Part shown: one piece after another, positions 42,890 to 56,899 of the stretch | Position numbering within the stretch: position 1 is the stretch's first letter | How the letters are laid out: each line of letters starts with the position of its first letter | Source of the DNA: Pecten maximus | Lineage: Eukaryota | Direction: 5' to 3' | Assembly (NCBI RefSeq): GCF_902652985.1 | Contig: NC_047018.1 | Location: 41,478,001-41,542,000, forward strand | DNA: 64,000 nucleotides | Translations under genes and position numbers: made by a program | Notes under the pieces: model-generated | Databases searched by the model: none | Told to the model about the DNA's origin: nothing | What the model saw: the letters and a program-made list of their open reading frames with translations, nothing else

Positions 42890-43200
42890 CTTTTTGCGGT
42901 GAATGCGTATGTGTGTTTTGGGAGGCTGCGGTATGTTCGTGTAAATTCTCCTTGTGATAGGCCGGACCTTTGCCGATTTATAGTGCTATCTCACTGAAGT
43001 ATACTTCATGAAGTATTGAAGACAACCAGTAGGACACCCACCCGGTCACATTTTACTGACAACGGGTGAACCAGTCGTCTCACTAACAAAATGCTGAGCG
43101 CTAAGCAGGAGTAGCAACTTTCATTTTTAAAGACTCTGGTAAAACCCAAAGCCGTCATCACAGGGGCTAACACACAGCTGAAGGCAAAACATGAGGCATT
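42890..43200 (-). mobile_element. Degenerate SINE fragment (Meta-domain-like)
   Basis: TTTATAGTGCTATCTCACTGAA..., CCGGTCACATTTTACTGACA, GCTGAGCGCTAAGCAGG, recalled as typical of mollusc SINEs. Confidence 0.45.
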
Positions 43201-43847
43201 TTCCGATAGCAGTAGAAATCTACCATAAACATTAAAACAATACTAATGACAATAAATAAAATACGTACTTGTTATACGTCATACTCCTGTTGATGAATGG
43301 ATTCCTTCCAGTTGTTAGTATCCGATATCGTAAACAGCTGAACCATTTTAATATCAACTCATCAATGCAGTGTATGTGTTTACTTAACTGTCGATATCTG
43401 AGTCAAGGATGAATGTTGCCGAACCTCGCTATATCCAGACACGTTTATATCACATGATCGACCTGTTATCACAATGCCCTTGAAACATTTTTCCATATAC
43501 AAAATGTGTGTCACTTGTACGATATACTGTACTAGTATCTTTTTTAATAGCTGCGCCAGTCAGATATATGTCGATTGTGACGTCATACATGTGATATTGA
43601 CAGTGACGTTACGTCATGAATTTAAAATGGCGCCACAAAAGGCTGCATCTATTTGATTTTGTCCTGCACATTTTGACTTAAACACCTGTCAAATATGTGT
43701 TCTTAGTTGTGTGATATAATGTAACTAAAATTATTTATGAATACTCATTAAATATAAGAATAATAATCCAAAGACTCATTTCATGAAATTTCAAATGAAA
43801 TAAAAACTCATTTTAGATTCCATATAATATGAACCTCCAAACTTTAG

Positions 43848-44120
43848 AAGCTGTGATTGGCTGTAATATGATAATACCTAGCGGAGCTGTGCATGGATGT
43901 ACGTTTAATAATACGTAGGGGAGATGTGATTGGCTGTAAGTTTAATTACACATAGCGGACCTGTGATTGGTTGTAAGTTTAACAATACCTAGCGAAGCTG
44001 TGATTGGCTGTAAGTTTAATAATACCTAGGGGAGCTGTGATTAGCTGAACGTTTAATAATACCTAGCGGAACTGTGATTGGCTGTACGTTTGATTATACC
44101 TAGTAGAGTTGTGATTGGCC
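43848..44120. repeat. 37-bp tandem repeat, about 7 copies, most containing GTGATTGG
   Basis: TGTGATTGG near 43852, 43925, 43962, 43999, 44073, 44110. Confidence 0.9.
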
Positions 44121-44564
44121 TTTAAAAAATCGTCATTGATTATGCACAGCCCATAAAATGAACCTCTTTGTGACGAATATCATGACGTCAAAGATAAGGA
44201 ATCAAGATGTCGCAGCTTTCGATTCAATAAAAAACCACACACACACATTCTCCCCAGAGACATGTCATTAACATTTTTTTATGGAATTCGTTTATAACAT
44301 AACGTGCCCGTTCTGTCATGTCATACGGCCATGTCATAAATATCACAAGACACGTGTAATAACAGTATTGTGACGTCATAATAAACATGTTACGTCGCAT
44401 GATTGTTTGGGTAGACGGAAACGTCCCATCCGAAATGTATTAAACTTGTTCAATAATTTGAACATATCAAATTGGTGAACTCGTTTAATAAATTCCATTT
44501 GAATTACCTCGTATCCTCTATATCCAAAACATGAGCTTGATGAATTTTGGCAATATATATTTAA

Positions 44565-44917
44565 AGGAGCATTCCTTCGTTTAAATTAAGTTTAGTTTGT
44601 CAAAATTAAACTTTTTGGAAAATATGATTTTTTCCAAATAGCAAAAGTTATAATCTTAACATTAATAAGGCAGTTTTACTCTCAAGATAAACCAAAGTTC
44701 TTCAAGTATAAAGTCCTGAAAATTCTTAATTCGACCCGAAGTATCACTAATTATCGCAAAGACATAGGGTACTTGGATACGATAAGCCTTTTTCCTGTAC
44801 ATTTCGGCGTTAATTTCATTACCTGTAGGCACAAACACTCATATAATCATCGTTCGGACATAGATTTCATCAATAGAAATTGTGCATGTTTCTGACGTCC
44901 GAACGAAGAATGCCCCT
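44565..44917. mobile_element. Non-autonomous TTAA-flanked DNA element (Kolobok-like); second copy at 47199-47552
   Basis: TTAA|AGGAGCATTCCTTCGTT ... AACGAAG(G)AATGCCCCT|TTAA. Confidence 0.7.
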
Positions 44918-45475
44918 TTAACTCCCCCTCGTTAAACTATCATGTGACCTCATTCAATATCCTCTACATCACACGTCTGTATTCGCTATGCACTGTTTAC
45001 TTCGGACAGTGCGGCTCCATCTTCATCACCAAAGTCTCTTCTATGACTTCTACCAACAAATACCACATACACATATCTATATATGTTAAACTTTCTTTCT
45101 CTTAGATCTGCATGTGCATTTCAAAGTACCAGAACGAATGTGCTTTCCAACAGTTAGTGCAACGTTCTAGAACAAAAAAAAAATCCCATAACGTGCTAAT
45201 TTTATTGAAGGAAGACATTTTGGTAAAATGACAACGTCCCATCATTATTTTTTTCTTCGATTAAAATTACTCTTTGTCGGCGATGTAATATCTATGCTAA
45301 GCAGCGTTCGTTAAAATGACCCATGTCGTACACAAGAAATGAATTAAAATGCATGTACATGTACAAAGACGTCATAGAACTGTTTCAATAATTGACACGT
45401 TTTATTTAAAGATACAAAGCTACATAAACCCGTTGGCTGGGTAACGACGTATTTATCGAATTCATGACGTCACGT

Positions 45476-46850
45476 CTACGAATCGACGTGGATTAGATGA
45501 CCGGCAAATGTACTATACCCAGCAGGCAATACTGCAGTGTCTGCGCTACCAAAATGGCGAACCCAGACATGCTGACCCTCTGCACACCCTACGATGGCTA
45601 CCTGTGTGCCCTGGTCATAACCGTAAATGGTCGAATGGAGTCTAGCTACCCTTGATCCTTCCTGGACAATCTCCGCGTCCAGGTTCTTGTTGTCACCATC
45701 GGAAACAATAGTTGCAGCAAATTCGTACAACCCGCTGTTGGAAAGACATTTAAGTATTAATCGATCAGTCACTCAAAAGGGAAATATACTGGTATTCGGA
45801 TTTGATGTTAAACGGAAATAAATACATACATATTCCAAGTTATCTTCATGTTAACTTAACTCGATTACATTCACGACTCTAGATCACATGGTTATAGAAT
45901 GATATAAATCATCTGGATGGTTATAAATCCAGGAAAAGATATTAGAAACAAAAAGAGTTTTTTTTTTTATTGTTAAAATCCTTCGTTATCTCAATTAGAT
46001 ATTAATAAACAAAAAATGACGATGGCGGTCGGTCGGTCATACACCTGAGAACTTGAAATAAAGGTCTCGGAATGTAACTGATAGGGACAGCTAACAACTA
46101 AGCCGCATGATAAGCGTTGTGATTTCGGTTTTTCTATTGTTAACTTTCCATTTCTAGGCTGTAACATCCGTGCTTCCCGAAACATGTCTCAGTTGATAAA
46201 CAAGGAACTGTTCCCAATATCACGATTACCATTGACACTTAGGTTGATGAAGACCATTTTGCTCATTGAAAACTATGATTTCCTTTGCGATATTAAGTTA
46301 GATGTGTTCATTTCTAGTGTATATGTCTGCTGGTTGTGCTGTCATCATTTCGGCCTTCGTATTTTCGAAGGTAAACATTATAGGAAAAGTATAGTCTGTT
46401 TCATAATCGTCTAAGATTAAAAATTATAGAAAAAATATAGTCTGTTTCTTAATCATTAAAGGCAAAAAAAAGCAAAAAAAAAAGAAAGGCAAAAAAAAAA
46501 CAAAAAACAAAAAACACAAACAAACAAACATTTGTCCGTTTCTTAATTAACACAATACAATAATCCGTTTTGGTAAGCCCGCGAAATTCTAACCATGAAC
46601 AAAGAGGGAATGGACAGTATCCATACAGACAAAGTTGTACTCCATTAAATGTATACTTTACAAAATGAAACATGAGTAGTAACTAATCCTGTTTACTTAC
46701 CTGTAGGGACACATAAACATGCCTGTGGTGGGATCGTACGCTTGTCCAACATTGGTCAGTACCTGGTCAAATACGATGGCCTGGCGGTCGTTGAGGTGAC
46801 CAACATTTTGGTTAAGCCTCGCGGTGAATCCAATTTTTTGGTCAGAGGCC
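45476..46850 (-). pseudogene. Partial duplicate of C1q-domain gene A: 5'-truncated exon 3 (46850-46701) and complete exon 4 (45734-45476)
   Basis: Peptide identical to gene A exons 3-4, but the native acceptor, first codons, and signal and coiled-coil exons are absent. Confidence 0.75.
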
Positions 46851-48098
46851 TTCGATTCAATAAAAAAACCACACACACACAATCTCCCCAGAGACATGTC
46901 ATTAACATTTTTTTATGGAATTCGTTTATAACATAACGTGCCCGTTCTGTCATGTCATACGGCCATGTCATAAATATCACAAGACACGTGTAATAACAGT
47001 ATTGTGACGTCATAATAAACATGTTACGTCGCATGATTGTTTGGGTAGACGGAAACGTCCCATCCGAAATGTATTAAACTTGTTCAATAATTTGAACATA
47101 TCAAATTGGTGAACTCGTTTAATAAATTCCATTTGAATTACCTCGCATCCTCTATATCCAAAACATGAGCTTGATGAATTTTGGCAATATATATTTAAAG
47201 GAGCATTCCTTCGTTTAAATTAAGTTTAGTTCGTCAAAATTAAACTTTTTGGAAAATATAATTTTTTCCAAATAGCAAAAGTTATAATCTTAACATTAAT
47301 AAGGCAGTTTTACTCTCAAGATAAACCAAAGTTCTTCAAGCATTAAGTCCTGAAAATTCTTAATTCGACCCGAAGTATCACTAATTATCGCAAAGACATA
47401 GGGTACTTGAATACGATAATCCGTCTTCGTGTACATTTCGGCGTTAATTTCATTACCTGTAGGCACAAACACTCATATAATCATCGTTCGGACATAGATT
47501 TCATCAATAGAAATTGTGCATGTTTCTGACGTCCGAACGAAGGAATGCCCCTTTAACTGCCCATCTGTGACCTCATTCAATATCCTCTACATCACACTTC
47601 TGTATTCGCTATGCACTGTTTACTTCGAACAGTGCGGTTCCATCTCCATCACCAAAGTCTCTCCTATGACCTCTACCAACAAATACCACATACACATATC
47701 TATATATGTTAAACTTTCTTTCTCTTAGATCTGCATGTGCATTTCAAAGTACCAAGACGAATGTGCTTTCCAACAGTTAGTGCAACGTTCTAGAAGAAAA
47801 AAAAATCCCATAACGTGCTAATTTTATTGAAGGAAGACATTTTGGTAAAAATGACAACGTCCCATCATTATTTTTTTCTTCGATTAAAATTACTCTTTGT
47901 CGGCGATGTAATATCTATGCTAAGCAGCGTTCGTTAAAATGACCCATGTCGTACACAAGAAATGAATTAAAATGCATGTACATGTACAAAGACGTCATAG
48001 AACTGTTTCAATAATTGACACGTTTTATTTAAAGATACAAAGCTACATAAACCCGTTGGCTGGGTAACGACGTATTCATCGAATTCATGACGTCACGT

Positions 48099-51000
48099 CT
48101 ACGAATCGACGTGGATTAGATGACCGGCAAATGTACTATACCCAGCAGGCAATACTGCAGTGTCTGCGCTACCAAAATGGCGAACCCAGACATGCTGACC
48201 CTCTGCACACCCTACGATGGCTACCTGTGTGCCCTGGTCATAACCGTAAATGGTCGAATGGAGTCTAGCTACCCTTGATCCTTCCTGGACAATCTCCGCG
48301 TCCAGATTCTTGTTGTCACCATCGGAAACAATAGTTGCAGCAAATTCGTACAGCCCGCTGTTAGAAAGACATTTAAGTATTAATGGAACAGTCACTCAAA
48401 AGGGAAATATACTTGTATTCGGATTTGATGTTAAACGGAAATAAATACATACATATTCCAAGTGACCTTCATGTTAACTTAACTCGATTACATTCACGAC
48501 TCTAGATCACATGGTTATAGAATGATATAAATCATCTGGATGGTTATAAATCCAGGAAAAGATATTAGAAACAATTTTTTTTTAAATTGTTGAAATCCTT
48601 CATTATCACCATTCGATATTAATAAACAAAAATGACGATGGCGGTCGGTCATGCACTGGAGAACTTGACATAACGGACTCGGAATGAAACTGATAGGGAC
48701 AGCTTACAACTAGGCCGCATGATAAGCGTTGTGGTTTCAGTTTTCCTATTGTTAAGTTTCCATTTATAGGCTGTAACATCCTAGCTTCCCCAAACATGTC
48801 TCAGTTGATAAACAAGGAACTGTTCCCAATATCACAATTACCCTTGACATTGAGGTTGATGAAGACCATTATACTCATTGAAAACTATGATTTCCTTTGC
48901 GATATTAAGTTAGATGTGTTCATTTCTAGTGTATATGTCTGCTGGTTTTGCTGTCACCATTTCGGCCCTCGTATTGCTGAAGGTAAAAAGTATAGGAAAA
49001 GTATAGTCTGTTTCATAATCGTCGAAGATTGAAAATAATAGAACAAAATATAGTCTGTTTCATAACCATCGATGGCAAAAAAAAGCAAACAAAAAAGAAA
49101 GGCAAAAAAAAAACAAAAAACAAAAAACACAAACAAACAAACATTTGTCCGTTTCTTAATTAACACAATACAATAATCCGTTTTGGTAAGCCCGCGAAAT
49201 TCTAACCATGAACAAAGAGGGAATGGACAGTATCCATGCAGTTTTACTTCATTAAATGTATACTTTACAAAATGAAAAGTAGTAACTAATCCTGTTTACT
49301 TACCTGTAGGGACACATAAACATGCCTGTGGTGGGATCGTACGCTTGTCCAACATTGGTCAGTACCTGGTCAAATACGATGGCCTGGCGGTCGTTGAGGT
49401 GACCAACATTTTGGTTAAGCCTCGCGGTGAATCCAATTTTTTGGTCAGAGGCCTGGCGTCTGGCTGAAAATTAAAGGAAATTACGAGAAACTAACTAGCA
49501 CATCTCGCGAGTGATACTGTACCATTAACTTTATATGTTTTTATGAGTTGGTTTAGATAGGCTGGAAGAGTGCATTTACTTGTCATAGAGAATAAATATC
49601 TTTAATCTTAATACAACCAGACTTGTCAAGTATCTGAAGAACTTAACGCGGTACCCGTATAGTGGGAAATTTAAAAACATTTTCAATGAAACAAATTAAA
49701 GAATATTCCCTTATTTCAATCTCATTCGCACGAAATAGTTCTAAAACTACGTTTTGATAAAACAAGTAAAAAAGTATTATTTATGTAAAGTGTTCCAAGA
49801 CATTGTACTGGTTCAACAAAAATTAATACCGAGATGATAATCACGAGTAACAAATTAGCATACTTCGGGATGTTTCCCTGCAAAAATGTACAGGAAAAAG
49901 GTTAAATACATATAAAGGGAGACAACTGCGATTTACTTAAGAGTACGCAATCAATGATGATGATTACGCCCAAAAGCATATAGCACTGTCGTATGTATAT
50001 ATTTGTTATTTATGTTTGTGTGGCGTTTTTGTTGTCTCTCACGCGCAAACGTACTTATGTATTTAACCGGTTAAGTGAGAGTTCATGGATGGACGCACAG
50101 TTAACGTTCTCGAGCTATTACTGACGGATAGTTTTCTCTATTTACACTGCGTTAACAATATGTGAGCCATTCTTCAGACACAGTAACGGACTGCGGTAAG
50201 TCTATCTTTATATAACTGTGTCTGTCTTACTGTTACCTTGGTCCATTTCTTAGTAAACTTGGGTAAATACTCGTAAGAACGTGCGCCTCAAAGATGCGTA
50301 GTATAGGTACTATTATCTAGTATGCTAATTAGTGAAGCTATTTTCAAATATTGGCTTATTTGCTAAGAATATCCTGATTGGCGCTATATGAATGTATTTT
50401 TACAGTTATTATCACTTATACTTATGTCATAACTATAAAGAGCACTCAGGCGAGATGGTATGCATTTTGAAAAGTATGGAAGCCGTGAGTGGACATATAC
50501 TGTTTCGTTTATCGTTTGCAAGATAATTATCAGGATGTTCTGAGGCCGCACGAAGTCGTTGGTAATGGTACAATGTGTTTTGGTTATATTCAATAGTAAT
50601 TTAGCTAATAGATAATTATCCAGTTTTATGTATTAAATGAAAGTGATGTGCAGATTTGTCTGGGAAAGAACAGGGAACACACAATCGAACCCGGGTCTCC
50701 GGCGTGATAAGCCTCGGCTCTACCTCTTAAGCCAAAGAGTGACAGACCTATTTAACACTATTTTTTAACACTATGTACAAGCCACACCGATCCGTTCCTT
50801 GTACACTTGTATGGAAGTATTTGACAACTTTCGTTATTGTTCTTTAAGTTCCATGTGACGGCCACACCATCCATCAAAAGTCAACCAAGACCCTGGTCAG
50901 TGTGTAAGGAGTGCCAGCTCTAGGACAATCAGACAGGAAGGGAAACCAATACACAGCTTACAGAGCGCCAGGACAGGTCAAGAGGTGGACATTGAAGGTA

Positions 51001-52612
51001 ACATGCATGGATTGCGTCTTTAAGACGAAAGTATTGTCGTGATTGTTATGATCTGTAGACAACAACAGCTGTATACTCTATAATGATTTGACATGATTTA
51101 CTACTGAACTATCCTATGTGGATAACCGACTGCGGTTTGGAAATCACGACACGTAGACCAGCGTAGTCTACAGTTACGCAGCAAGTTTGATTATGTGAGG
51201 GGTTTATACAGCGACAACTTACTTTTGGGCAGAGCCTTATTTAACTTTGTGTGAATCTGGGTAGAAGTGAGAGTAAATTATTAATTTGAAACAAAATGTT
51301 GTTTCTCATATAACTACATCTGTCCCTTCTTTAGATTAGTAAAGTTAGTGACTGCATTCATACCACCGTAAACGCAGTGAAAAAAGGCTCATCGGATTAA
51401 TAAGCGCGGGAATCGGTAACATAATCATGACGTCGTCTCTTTGTGACGTTACAAAACGTCAATTAGACGGCGCCATTTTGAAAGGACTGATGAACGCAAT
51501 TTTAGCGTTTTCTCCTGTTACCCGATGGTCCCTGTACAAAGAGCAAACCTCAAGTAAATATTTTGCCAAAAACCAAACTGGATATTGCGGAAATTGGTGC
51601 ACATTTAACTTCTCCACGAGGTTGGCTAACAACAAATGGCTGAAGCGTACAGCTCCTATAAAACATTCGACCACGTCACTAACTACTAAATCTGTGTCAA
51701 TCCGAGACGGAAATTGTGGATTTTGAATATATCAACTATTGAAATCGCAAAAGGCATTAAACAAGCATGTTGAGGTATTTCTTTTAATTTTGTTAACAAT
51801 ACTGGTATCTTTACGTAGATTCATTAAAAACAAATTATCTTAGCAACCACACCTATCGTACTTACCAACATCGCAGCCCATCCCAACAGTTACTTTCTTC
51901 CTACGGTATTTCAACGATTTTTCTGTATATTAGTTCATTAACCGGTAATGATATTATAATGATGTATACCAGTATACCGATATACATGTTTAACAAAATT
52001 GACATCATAAATATCTATACATATACCGAATGTGAGATTAAAAGTTATATGCATGCTGACGATATCGGAAAATGATGAATATGATAATAGATAAAGCTTG
52101 ACTCACTAATGGTGTCTTTAAGTTCTCGAACTGACATTTCCTTGGTTCGGAGTTGGGCAGTCAACGATTGAATTTCACGTGCCTGTTGCCCAACAAAAGC
52201 TTCAGCTTGTCGCCATTCATTTTCAAGATTGCCTAGAAAAAAATACACGTATTGTAACAAAAGTCAAACTTATGCTTTCATGTATTCGAACTGCATTGTT
52301 GCAAAAAAAAAAAAAAAGAAAGAAAGAAAGAAAGAAAAAGCCAAATAAATAATGTTAAAAGTAGTTTAGATATATTAGTAATGGAACTGTCGCATCTCTC
52401 CTTTCCGAATTTTGACATTTATTTGAAGTTACATATCGACAAAATATCTTTAAAAATATGAAACAAACTACTGTTATCAACTAAAAAACATTAATTAGAA
52501 TATACTAGTGCTTTATGAAAAAACACGTACCTAGGCGCTGAGACAAGTCTAATTGACTGCAACTGACTGTGGACAGAATTGTCACAACTCCGAACGCGAT
52601 TGAAGCCTGCAT
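48099..52612 (-). CDS. Secreted C1q-domain-containing protein A (~208 aa; signal peptide, coiled coil, gC1q). Exons 52612-52531, 52232-52107, 49463-49304, 48357-48099
   Basis: MQASIAFGVVTILSTVSCSQ signal; heptad-like LENEWRQAE..IQSLTAQLRTKE; gC1q motifs IGFTA, IVFDQVLTNVGQAYDPTTGMFMCPYSGLYEF, GQHVWV, STFAGHLI; phases 1,1,2 consistent; AATAAA on the minus strand near 48025. Confidence 0.9.
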
Positions 52613-52766
52613 GATGATACCTGTTCGAGTAGCGTTGTGGGTCAGTCTAGTGATCAGATGATAAGTAAACGGAGCACGTGCTCTGTCCACTGATAAGAGA
52701 CGCATAACAATCTGGTGTTATTCCTGTCTCGTTGTCTTTACCACACCTGAACTGTCCACCAGAAGA
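52613..52766. promoter_or_regulatory. Putative compact bidirectional promoter / 5'UTRs between C1qDC A and B
   Basis: 154 bp between divergent ATGs; palindrome GAGCACGTGCTC 52672-52683 flanked by TGATAAG at 52659 and 52691. Confidence 0.65.
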
Positions 52767-55150
52767 ATGAAGTTGTTTCTTTGCGTCATCGTTCTTGCAC
52801 TGAGTGCTGTGGGCCACTGCCAGTCTTTCGAAAGCAGGGTAGGTAAGTTCTTCGACTTTATACATTTTATTGAAATTAAGTAGCCTTTTAATAGTATGAA
52901 TTCTAAATTAGAATAAATTATTCATTCTCAAAAGAACATATCATTCGTAGATGAAAAGTTCAGAATAAGCGGAAATGACCAAGGTCAAATTGATAGCCTG
53001 CCGGTTAAGCAAGACTATCAAATACATGAATGAAATTCACTCTGGTGCCTAGTACATGTATCGATTGATATAAATACCCATGTCCCTTTCTGAACGCGTT
53101 ATTCTCTTTGTAGATGGAAGTTTTTCAAATTTAGTGTTTATATAGGTTTTCTCCATAGAACTGTAAGTACATAATGTTAACTTCCCAAAAATCTCACAAA
53201 TGTGAGGATAAAAAATGAATACGCATTATAAAATGTCTCTTAAACATGAAAACCTTGACCAATTTATATTTCTATTGCACGTTCTCGGATTTGCATCTTC
53301 TGTTATTTTCCAGTCACCTGAAAATTTCATCCTCAACCTTCATAAATTGGCCAACTATTCTTTAACATATATATTCTGTTGTTGATTATCAATAAGTCAT
53401 TTTTCTTTAGATGCACTGGAGCGGATGCTCTTGAAGGTTAAAACAAAAACCGGACACCAGAGCAACGTCATAGCAAATCTTAAAAAACAGCTCGAGACAG
53501 TCGCACGCTCGGAGGATACCCTAAAGAATGCCTTAACAGGTAAGATTTTTTTTTCATCACTTTTACTCACAAGAATAACATTGAATATAATTTATAAAAC
53601 CTGTCAGCCACATCAAAAACAAGTGAATCAGTTTTATAAGATTTCTACTTTTATGTAATTCGGTAATTATGCTTGCAATATCCGGAACTTCAACGACATT
53701 TTTGTCATGAAAAAATATTTTGGTGAGAAGAGAGGTAGAAAGTTTTATTTACAATTGTTGTATTAGAATGCATGTATAATGAACTATATAATGATATTCA
53801 ATGTGATTTGTCGTTTTCTTTTCTCTCAAGGGAACATATTTCAAGTGAAAATCAAAACCTAATGCAACAATGCTGTCATGCTATTTATATTCTCTCAAAA
53901 TCAAACCAAAGAACAAATGTTGTATAAATTCAGTTCTGAGACATTCCAAACAACTACCGGGCCTCTTATCGTAGCATTTGTCCCTAACACCATCACAGCG
54001 TCCTCAATACTCCAGGAGTTACGAAGAAAGTACTCCTAGGGTATCGAGGATGGCATCTCTGAAGAGTCATCGAATAGAGAAACAGTTGTGTAATAAAACT
54101 TTATGCTGGATAGATCTAGTCGACATAATTTGTATATTTCATCCATTTATTTGAAGTAAATCCATGTAACTGTTCACTATTGTACAATAACAAAGCCTTT
54201 GTGACATATACATACTATAGGCTCCTTCTTGTTTTACAGTTGACAAGCGACAAGCCGCTCAACCTGTTGTTGCTTTCATGGCAACTCGACAAGCAAACCT
54301 CACTCATTTATCTCGGCACCAGACCATTGTGTTTGAGGATGCCAGTGTCAATGTACATCATGCTTACAACAACAATACCGGGGTGTTTACATGTCCCTTT
54401 ACTGGACTCTACGAGTTTGCTACTACGATCGTGTCAGCAGGGGAGCAACGTAATCTCAATTTCGAGGTAAATTTGCTTTAATGTAAATGTATAAACGTAT
54501 TCAATAATACATCTTTTTGCACAATTTTGATCAAAATACACAAATGCACAAATAATTTGACATTAGATAAAACACATTGTTGGGTGGGTGACAGCAGGCA
54601 TCAAGAAGGAATATAAATGGTATACTTGAAACATCTTTGATTTTTCCATGAGTCGAGATCAAATTCAAACGAAGAAGATATTCATCCGCTTTACAAATGA
54701 CGTCACGTTTCAGATCATTCATTGATATGGTATTGTAATTTTGATCCACATTTAATATTTAAAAATGTCCTTCCTGATATAAGGTCCAGGTAATGAACCT
54801 TTTATATTTGTTCTTCATGGAAACATTAATACATCAATATTTAAAAATGTCCTTCATGATATTAGGTCCAGATAATGAACCTATGTGATTTGTTTTTCGT
54901 GGAAACATTAATACAAAAGGGCGAATTACATGATATCTTTTAACGTAGCACATTGATTTTGTAGATGATGATAGATACTATGCGAATCGCATACGTCCAT
55001 GCCACTTTATACGAGTACGACATGGGCACACAGGTTGCCGTCGCCCACTGTAACCAAGGCCAGCACGTGTTCCTCAGACAGGACAAGGGTTCTTTCGGAC
55101 TTCCGGGCGGATTCTGTACATTCTCCGGACATCTTATTTCTATGTTATAG
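52767..55150 (+). CDS. Secreted C1q-domain-containing protein B (~205 aa). Exons 52767-52842, 53411-53539, 54240-54466, 54965-55150
   Basis: MKLFLCVIVLALSAVGHCQ signal; coiled-coil exon; gC1q motifs VAFMA, IVFEDASVNVHHAYNNNTGVFTCPFTGLYEF, GQHVFL, TFSGHLI; phases 1,1,0; AATAAA at ~55159. Confidence 0.9.
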
Positions 55151-56899
55151 TTTCTGGAAATAAAAAGAAAAGAAATCTATCCTTTGTAACCTGTTTCTTA
55201 TATTATTTCAGATTGTTTTAATGTGAATAATAAGGTAAAATTTATATATATGCCCTAGCACTATTCAGTAATTTGTGGATGTGAGAATGGTAAAGTTTTA
55301 CCCTTTGATTTAACTCTGAAAGATGCTCACCAAAATATAATAAGATGTAACGATACTATTGTGTTAACATGACTTAATCAGTTTATAGACTATTTCATAT
55401 ATATCGCCAAAGTCTTGCTTAACAAATATTGGTAGCACTACGAAATTTGCTGTTTTAAAACGGATTGAAGTGTTGCTTTTATTTTACATTACATATAAAC
55501 ATATACTTCCAAAGAAGATCATGCAACATGAAATAAAATCCTCAATAATAATATTGAGAATTGTCAGACATGCGAACTAATGTTTATAGATAAAGCGCCG
55601 TTCAAATATAAGAATTTTCGTACGAAGTATACATATGTGTGTAATTATTTTGGTACAGCTTTCCAATATCTGTATAATATTTATTCATAATTTTTTTGAA
55701 TATTGTATTTCATACTTTTGGAACATTCGATGACATATACTACCTGTAGATATTCCGGCCTTTTTTGGGCAATTCTCTTACTGACAAAATATGCCCAGTC
55801 CAATTTAATTTTGCTTTCAACAAATATCTATTTTCGGTGTGGAAGTTCTGACATTAGACTTCAAGTTTAATTACTGTTATTCCAGAGGGTTACTATTGGA
55901 TTAAGTTCTGTCACCTTAAGTGACAATATCTGTTGAAATGTTTGTTCAAAGTCTGACACACTGCCGAATGGCTTCTCTCTCTATATTTTTGTAAAAGATA
56001 CAGTATATGGCGGATAACGAATACACATTTGATACGTTTCGTATATTGAAATAATTATGGGACATTCGGGGGGAGGGGAGGGAAGAAAAACAACAACACA
56101 TTAGTTCTTAACTTCATTGAAGAGCTAAACATTCTCACCAAGTCTTAAACAAAAATAAAATGATTATCAAATTTAACAAATCTAGCTATTCGTATTGAAG
56201 TTATTGAAGACGCTATAATAGCTCTCCACCAGATTTTGTCATTTCTTTCGACATTTTTTTTTTTTTTTCTCTATTTCCTCCGTCGCCATCAAGGTATCTG
56301 CCATTGGCCCTTAGAATCACTGAAAAGACCAAGAAGGACGAAAAAGCTGCTCGGTGCACTTAAAATTCTTATTTTACTCTGCGATATCCAACTCACAATT
56401 TGTATTGATATGTACTCATATATTGTACTTTTTCTATACATTTTTTTTAGAAATGTGCAGGCAACTTGTTATCTAATTGATTTGAGTAGTTGCACGGTTA
56501 ATAATAAACATATGTACTTGACTTTTCTTTGAAATTTTACATTGAAAATTATGAATTTTATTGAATAAAGGGTTGCTGCACCTTCCCATCCGAATTTCGA
56601 CATTTCTTTTGACCTATTTAGAGTTTTCTTTTCTTTTTTTTCCCAGCTTGTATGATCACTTTAGGCCCTTAGCGCCATTGAAAAGACCTGATAGAACGAA
56701 ACAGATGTATGATGCAATTAATCTCATTTTTGACGATTCTGCATCTAACTCTCTTGATACATAAATGCTCTTATATCTTGTGTGTCGTATAAACAATTCC
56801 CTGACGTATTTGTACTAGGCACTGTGTGTCATGGGAACTCAAGACGACTACACACCTACGGAAAGGAAACACACATTGACCCTGTCTTGGTATGTTGAG

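Larger units (their letters stand above)
44218..49453. repeat. Tandem segmental duplication, ~2.6-kb unit (44218-46850 and 46851-49453)
   Basis: Both units start TTCGATTCAATAAAAAA.CCACACAC and end GGTCAGAGGCC; collinear throughout. Confidence 0.95.

Noticed and set aside
50380-51730. Short ORFs in intron 2 of C1qDC A as a nested gene or TE
   Set aside because: No recognisable domain or consistent splice structure
43570-54710. Several TGACGTCA (CRE) palindromes near the C1q genes
   Set aside because: Mostly downstream, intronic or duplicated by the segmental duplication; no positional support for function
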